From: Balanoglossus misakiensis
Lineage: Eukaryota; Animalia; Hemichordata
Assembly: GCA_040954595.2 (NCBI GenBank)
Contig: CM082589.2
Span: forward strand, 6,445,186-6,509,185
Direction of reading: 5' to 3'
Length of the DNA stretch: 64,000 nt
The translations under genes and the position numbers were made by a program. A model generated the notes under the pieces. The model did no database searches. It was not told the DNA's origin and was given only the letters and a program-made list of their open reading frames with translations. Within the stretch, counting starts at the first letter, position 1; each line of letters starts with the position of its first letter. Positions 56,273 to 64,000 of the stretch are shown in pieces.

Positions 56273-59200
56273 CTATTGAAAGGCTGTGTTTTAAAATAAA
56301 AATAGAAATCATGGGATTAGGAGCAAATTACGGAAAAGAAAGAGCTTATTACAGGTCTTGAATTGTGGACATGAAAAACATATCAAAACATGATAGGCAC
56401 ACTGTTTATGTTATATGAGACAACTAAGTCTGCTGGACAATTGTAAAATAGTATTGTTAGATTAAGCCTAATGAATGCAACATATGTCTGTACATGGATT
56501 GTCAAAAAATTGTGTTTTACGAGCAAACATGCACAATAGTTAATCAAACTTCAATTAAAAGGAGGTAAATATCACACCTGACTTTTCGCAGATGTACCGT
56601 GAAGTAGGCATTGGCTCAAATACAAGAGGACGGTCATTCCATTTGAAATCAGAGTAGTCTGTACTCCTCATCTCGAGTTCACCAGACTTCTCAACTTCAC
56701 CATTGTTGGGCTCACCAGGTTGCCATGGCATGAAGCTCTCATCAACAGCTGTTCCATCTGACCAGGTGTAGCCTTCACCAGGCTATGTAAAATAAACAAG
56801 ACATCTCCGATCAGAATTCACTTATAATAATGTTTTAGTTCCTGAAGTTAAATGACATGTAAAATACGGCTTTACATCGGGTATGTAAGGATAACAACGT
56901 AACAGTGATCTATTTGTTGAATACTGATACTGACCCTATATATCAAACCAATGGCAACATTGCATCGGAAAATTTCTTCACAGCCACTTGTATCAAGCTG
57001 GGCAACCTGCCCAGAGAGCCAGCTATGTACATCCTGTGTGTCTTTGGCCAAATGTCCACCTTGGCCTTGGCAGTAACTTTCAGCTTCTTCCCAAGGTAGC
57101 AGGTTGGTACCGAAGAAATAGCACTTTGAGCCATACATTTTCCATCCTCCCGGACATGCAAAAGCTTGGAAAATATAAAAAAGTCAAAAGTTTACAAAAT
57201 ATCAAAATATATATCAGCACGGTAAGGTCTATGAGGGAAGATTAAGTGTAGCAAGTTTCATCAAATAAGGTGCACAAGTTAAATACGCAAATTAGCATAG
57301 ATTAAAATTATATAAAATTTCTGACAAAACTGATGTATGTATATGTGGTATCAATATATTTTGTGGATTTTTCGAAAAGAAGAAAACAAGTTATTGTATA
57401 CATCCTGATGTAAACTGATCATAGCAGTCGATGGTGAAGAGGAAGTAAACTACCTGGCTTTTGGCAAATGTACCACGAATCTGGTTGGCTGGCACATTCA
57501 AGAGGGCGGTCGTTCCATTTAAAGTCAGAGTAGTCAGTACTTCTGTATTCCAGCTCACCAGACTTTGCCACGTCACCATTGTTTGGTTCACCGGGTTGCC
57601 ATGGCATGAAGCTCTCATCCACAGCTGTTCCATCTGACCAGGTGTAGCCCACACCAGGCTGTTGAAAGTTGAATCAATATTTAGACTATTGCACATGTTC
57701 GTCAAGCACAATCGCCACATGACATGAACTCGGAAGGCATTGTGTCATGAAGTTTTAGCATACACGATCCCTTGCAGAAAGACAATTATGCAAGCAATAG
57801 CTACACTAACTGTGTAAGATATGTACATGTTATCTTTGTTGCGATTTTCGTGTATTACTATTGCTAGATGGTAGACAAAACAACATGCCATTGATGTGTT
57901 TTTATAATAGAATATCTTATATTAACTGACCCTATATATCAAACCAATGACAGGATTGCAATGATATAATGGACTGCAACCGGCTGTGTCGAGTTGTGCA
58001 ACCTCAGACGACAGAAAACTGTGTACATCTTGCGTGTCTTTGGCCAATTGTCCGTCTTCACTCTGGCAATAATCATCTGCTTGGTTCCACGTCAACAAGT
58101 TTGTTCCAAAATAGTAGCAAGAAGATCCAAAAATCTTCCAACCACCAGGACACATCAAAGCTAACAAGAAATAAGTCAACACAATGTTAATGGCACGCTA
58201 GGATGATAATGTGACATATAACACGATATGAACCATTATCCTAATGATGACAAAACTGGAAACTACTCATGATTCAAAATAAAGCAGAGTTTAAGTTTAC
58301 GAAGTTAAAGATTTATCTTTCATGTAGATCATTCTCTATTTTTTAAATAATGGACAGTAGGCTAAGAACAGTGGATCATGGCCATTTCAACTGACAGAAA
58401 CACAGAGGTAACATAGTAAGGGTACACATTCAAGGTCTACCTAATGATACCTAATGAAAGAAGAGACTATCACACCTGGTCTTTCACAAATGTACCGGCC
58501 ATCTGGCAACTGCGGAAAGTCAAGAGGACGATCATTCCATTTGAAGTCAGAGTGGTCACTACTTCTCATCTCGAGTTCACCAGAGTTCTCGACGTCATCG
58601 TTGTTGGGTTCGCCAGGTTGCCATGGCATGAAGCTCTCGTCGACAGAAGTTCCATCTGACCATTTGTAGCCTTCACCAGGCTTTTAAAAGAAGTTGAACA
58701 AAATCCAGAATGGAATAACGAAAATATGGTAGATCTATGCTTGAAAGTAAAATCATTGTAAAAATGCAAAGTGCTTTCCATTGATGGCGTTTTAACATAA
58801 GAACTAGACCCAACCAAAGAGAGAGAGAGAGTGAAAGAGAGAGAGATGATTTAATCTGCAGTGTGTAGCAGGAGTCGCCAGTAAATTGTGATACTGACCC
58901 TATAAATCAATCCAATGAACACATTGCATATGTAGACTGGGTCACATTCAGTCATGTCGAGCTGTGCCACTTCTGAAGAGAGCCAGCTGTGAACGTCCTC
59001 TGTGTCTTTGGCCAAATGTCCCCCTTCACCCTGGCAGTAATTTTCCGCCTCATTCCACGATAACAGGTCGGTACCAAAGTAATAGCAGGTAGAGGAATGC
59101 ATTTTCCACCCTTCCGCGCAGACAAAAGCTTCAAAAGTAGAAACATTGACAAATATTGTATTGAGTGTACATGACATATGTACTTCTCAACTCGATTTCA

Positions 59201-60606
59201 CCAGACTTCTCGACTTCACCATTGTTGAATTCACCGGTATTCCATGGCATGAAACTTTCATCGACAGCTGTTCCATCTGATATAACTGGTTGAAACACAA
59301 TTAAGTTTAACCTAAACCAACAATTTATCAACACAGTTGATCTTTCAGGCTGGCATGGAAATAATTATGTATGTGTTACGCTGAATGATTCATATGCATG
59401 AAGGGAAAGTGATGTCATACCCGGTCTTTCACAGATGTACCGACCATCTGGCAAAGCCTCAAAGTCCAGAGGACGGTCATTCCATTGAAAGTTAGAGTGG
59501 TCACTACTTCTCAACTCGATTTCACCAGACTTCTCGACCTCCCCATTGTTGGGTTCGCCGGTATTCCATGGCATGAAGCTCTCGTCCATAGCTGTTCCAT
59601 CTGACCATTTGTAGCCTTCACCAGGCTATTAATAAAATTTGAAAAAGTTCAAGATAGGATAAATATGGCAGATTTAAAACAAAATAATTGGCAACTGATG
59701 GGGATGGAAGTCCTGGAGAGTATTTTTAACTAGAACCAAATCATACAATATTGTGGCAGAACATTTCATTTATGAGTAACAACGTCTCTAGTAAATTATG
59801 ATACTAACCCTATAAATCAATCCAATGAACAGGTTGCATTCGTAGTCATGTTCACAATCACTTATATCGAGCTGGGCCACTTCTGAAGACAGCCAGCTGT
59901 GTACATCCTGTGTGTCTTTTGCCAGGTGACCTCCTTGGCTTTGACAATAGTTTTCAGCATTTGTCCAGGTCAGCTTGTTTGTACCAAAGTAGTAGCATGT
60001 GTTGTCAAACTCTTTCCATCCAGGTGAACATTGAGCTGGTTACATTTTGCAAAAGGAAACATTTATCGTTAACATTCTAATATGGACAGGAAGGATATTT
60101 TACATATGAATATGGTACTCTATGGAATTTTTTTCCTGTGCATTGTAAAGAAGCTGAACATAATAAAAAGATTGATAGTTGACATGCAATTGTTCTGTTG
60201 TGGCCTTTGTGTTAATTTCCATTACTTAATTGTAATTTATAAAATAAACAAACAAACCAAAAAAAACAAACCAAGCCAAATCCAAACCAAAACCAAAACA
60301 AACTGGACACAACACAAGTCAACTAACTAAATGGCAGGTGTATCAGTAATTTGTCCTACCATTAAACCACTGACGCAAGTTAAAGTCAAAACATATGTCG
60401 TCATTATACGCCAGACATTAAGGAAACACGGAGATGGGATTTGCAAGAGGACGTGCAGCGGTAGTGTAGATCTTAAACCTTGCAACATCAAAATGCAAAG
60501 GAAGTTTTGAGTAGCAAACCTTAGATTCTATTAATTCATATCTACCTCTTACAGTTACCATCCAGGTCATGGATAAGACCATCATTAAGAGAGTTCCTCT
60601 GGCCAT
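56273..60606 (-). CDS. Secreted C-type lectin with four tandem EPN-type CTLDs, ~602 aa
   Basis: Exons 60606-60546 (signal), then pairs 60035-59809/59625-59421, 59128-58899/58680-58476, 58160-57931/57658-57454, 57164-56935/56782-56578, and terminal micro-exon 56283-56273 (AFQ-stop). Each domain has C..GW....CYYF, W..A..YC....G.LA, IGL, WSDG, GEPNN, WND, YIC. Confidence 0.9.
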
Positions 60607-63075
60607 GTTGGGAACTGTTTCAGAACGTGGTTGTTTTGGTTACCTGCAAAATCATAAGTTAAACGTAGTTTTTTTTCAAATTCCAATTCAATTTCAGGTG
60701 GTCCAAATGAACACAAATTAAGCTGAGAATGAACAATGAAGTGATATTGATTGACTATGGTGTTCAAAAAATCATCATAAGATACACGTTTTCAAAGTTG
60801 ACAAAAATGATCAAAATATTACGGGATTAAACTGTGTATGCAATTTGCAACATAATGAAAACACAGAGCCTAGTTTTAACTCAAACATACAAGAAATTAA
60901 CAGCAATACTTGGCAAAACATGTTAACAGTGATATCTAATACATCTTACCTGCTCTGAATTTCGTTACCTGGTACACAAACTGAGAACATGTTGCCAGTT
61001 TATATCGAATTTATTTAGAAATAAACTTTAGATATCCACGTCATATCAAAGGGGATCATGGGAGTTAAAACACCTCCTTTACACATGACACATAATTTAT
61101 GAGGGTTTTACGATCAGAAAATTTAAGTTTTTAAAACTTTGCCAATAAGTACAGTATGTACTGTTCATACATTTTTTCCATATACAGTTCAGTCATTGCT
61201 CTTGTCCATGTTGTCTATCTGGCTGACTCTGACTCTTAATTTCCCCACGAATTTACTTGGAAGTCTGTCTGTTTGTGTGTGTGTTAACACCTGCCGCAGT
61301 CTGCATGGAAACTGGGTCTGCTATGATCCTATTGGCTATTTTTGAATAACACACCAGGGAAAAAGTTTTATTGCTTTTCAAGGAATATATCATCAATACG
61401 ACGGCAAAAAACTGGGTGAACTGGACTAAATTTAGCGAAAATAAAAATTGTTTTTAAAGTGACCCGTTGGAGTATCATGGCGATGACTGTAAACATTTAC
61501 ACACAAAAGAAAAAAACATTCAATCATGCAGTTGCTGGTAATTTTCTTACTGTAAAAAGTATGCAGTGCCAGTGATAATGTCTTATTTCCAAAAAGGGAT
61601 CAACTAGGTGAATTGGACGTAAATTGGAGAGAGTAAAAATCGTAAACTGGCCCATCAGACCATTGTTTTTTATGTTACAACTACAGTTGCCTGTCTGTAC
61701 GCATTCACATACATATTTTAAATTTTCCATCATCACCCCCAGCTTGACTGTCTTTTGTATAAAAAAAAACTTAAATCATACAGTTACTGGTAATTTTCTG
61801 CTCATAAAAAGAATGCAGCGTTGGTGCAAATTTTTATTGCCATTCAAGAAATATATCATCGGTGTGACTGCAGAAAATTGGGTCACCCAGAACTAAATTT
61901 AGGAAAACATCAGTTTTCTGTTGATGTTATTTCTGGAACACCAACGTTGGAACACTGGCCTGTTAACTGTAAGTGAAATAAAGGCAGTGTATCCATGTTA
62001 CAAGGGTTTTTTTAAACATTTTGTTACATGTGCACGAACTGCAAGCTTGCTTGACGCCTCACATCATAATGACCAACTTTCCAGTCTGTAGGTCACGACG
62101 GGGTAACACAACTCACGAAACGACCGTAGTGTGATTGAATTGTTTTATTCAGCGGGCTTCATGTACATGGACGGAAAGCCAATATAACCCTGCTTAACAT
62201 AACCAGAAGTCACATACAACCAGAGGGCTCTAGACCGCCAACATCTTGTTAAACAGGGCCAAAAAACATATGTCAAAAACTTATCCTACATTGGACATCA
62301 TCTATAACCGCTAAGCCACTGTTAAGAGTCAACTTGCATGCATGGCATGTTTTCTACCAACCTAACAGCCTTGTCGTGCATTGTTGCACAAGCAGCTTTC
62401 AGCAGTATACATTTCATGACATTTACATATAATATGCTAAGCGGTGACACAAATTGAAAATGTAATAAGCTGAAGTTATAAATCGCGCCCCCATTGTCTG
62501 TAGTACAACTTTTTTCTTTTTTAATAATTTCACGTCAAGGCATATAAAATATATATTTTTCAGTCTATATCACTTTCTCATCGATATGCTACACCAGTAC
62601 CTGAAAGTCTACATATTCCAAACAATACTGTTTCCAATATAATTTTATAACACTGCGAATAATAGTTCTCCTGCTCTGGTGTTTTAAGTGCCTTCATTTA
62701 TGTGTATGACTGGTGCTATGGAACATATACTTGCATGGGTCCCTCAGTCATTTCTGTGCTGCTTTGCAAGTGCCTATAAGCAGCATTTGTTTCAACAAAC
62801 ACACTCACACAAACACACACACACACATATTTAATACATGTACAGTTCTGCATTTAAAGGATGATTTATTTTGACATTGGAAAATTTAATTAACTACGGT
62901 GTACGAAATAGTTGAAATAAAGGAATTTAACCAGGAATGCTTTAAAGTGCGACAGTATTCACTACACCGTATGCCCACATATTTCGAAACATATCATTTC
63001 ATAGAGATTTCTTTGTTGCCTACTAAAGACTGTATGTTCTTCTTCAACAGCAATAGTGGACCTAACTTCATTCAT

Positions 63076-63891
63076 CTACGAAATGGCTGTGTATTATAAA
63101 AAAAGAAATAATGGTTAAAGAATAAGATTGGGAAAACATATCTACATACTGTTTACACACGTATAAACTAAGTCTTGTATTTGACATGCCTTATTTTAAG
63201 CAATGTGCATACTGTATACCAGTATACATGTATTATAAGCATTGTGCGCACATATTATATAATGATCTGTGCTATGCATGAATCAAATAAGACACGTATG
63301 TCGCACCTGGTTTTTCACAGATGTACCAAGAATCAGGCAGAGGGCCCCAATCAAGAGGACGGTCATTCCATTTAAAGTTAGAATAGTCGCTGCTTCTCAA
63401 CTCGATTTCCCCAGACTTCTCAACCTCACCATTGTTGGGCTCGCCAGGTTGCCATGGCATGAAGCTTTCGTCGACAGCTGTTCCATCTGACCATTTGTAG
63501 CCTTCACCAGGCTATTGAAAATAAATCAAAGAATATCAGAAATGGGGCGAAGAAAAATAGAGATCTAGGTTTTAAAGTAGAATCATCAAAATAATCTTTA
63601 ATACCTTAGATAGTTGTTGTATCCTGTGTAAACAGATTCTCCACTAAATTATGATACTAACCCTATATATCAGTCCAATGAATAGATTGCATTTGTAGTT
63701 AGGATCACAACCACTTATGTCCAGCTGGGCCACTTCTGAAGAAAGCCAGCTGTGTACATCCTGTGTATCTTTTGCCAGGTGACCTCCTTGGCTTTGACAG
63801 TAATTTTCAGCGTTTGTCCAGGTCAGCTTGTTTGTACCAAAGTAATAACAGGTAGTACAAAACAGCTTCCATCCTTGCGGACATGTGAAGG
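63076..63891 (-). CDS. 3' part of a paralogous C-type lectin gene (last CTLD; 5' end beyond window)
   Basis: Exons 63891-63662, 63511-63307 and terminal micro-exon 63086-63076 (AIS-stop). Exon sizes (230/205/11) and motifs match the neighbouring lectin. Confidence 0.88.
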
Positions 63892-64000
63892 CTTTAAAAA
63901 TAAAAGCATGTGATACTTTAATTAGAGTGGTCAAAACGTTCAAAATTTGGCTGAAAGGGAAATCAGCCTATCTACAGAAGATTTTTAAGGATTTTTTTCA

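Noticed and set aside
54486-56361. ORFs with MYVC/IHTY repeats, and inverted (TATG)n/(CATA)n pairing
   Set aside because: Translations of microsatellites. The (CATA)n tract lies beyond the probable polyA signal near 55923, so RNA pairing is unlikely.
61330-61910. Diverged direct repeats upstream of the lectin gene; considered as a CRISPR-like array
   Set aside because: Eukaryotic context, irregular ~50-80 bp degenerate duplications with no repeat-spacer periodicity.

Overview
Intron-rich eukaryotic animal DNA. The gene families and repeats suggest a marine invertebrate, possibly a hemichordate or another invertebrate deuterostome; this is inference only. Gene models were rebuilt by hand from GT-AG splice sites and reading phase. 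In order the window holds: the first coding exon of a secreted laminin-G-like protein (-, runs off the left edge); NF-YC (-); an SRCR-CUB-EGF-EGF single-pass receptor with ITIM-like and repeated Tyr motifs (+); three secreted proteins made only of a nicotinic-receptor ligand-binding domain (AChBP-like, -, one frameshifted), with a histamine N-methyltransferase-like gene (+) between the first two; an SLC16/MCT-type MFS transporter (-); an orphan 213-aa ORF (-); a head-to-head pair of DBH/MOXD1-like monooxygenases, one of which is intact but has lost all six copper ligands; and two tandem C-type lectin genes (-). There are also several MITE/foldback elements and microsatellites. The most notable items are the soluble Cys-loop binding proteins, the MOXD1 pseudoenzyme/enzyme pair, and their co-location with an amine methyltransferase and a transporter, which may form an amine modification/binding cluster.
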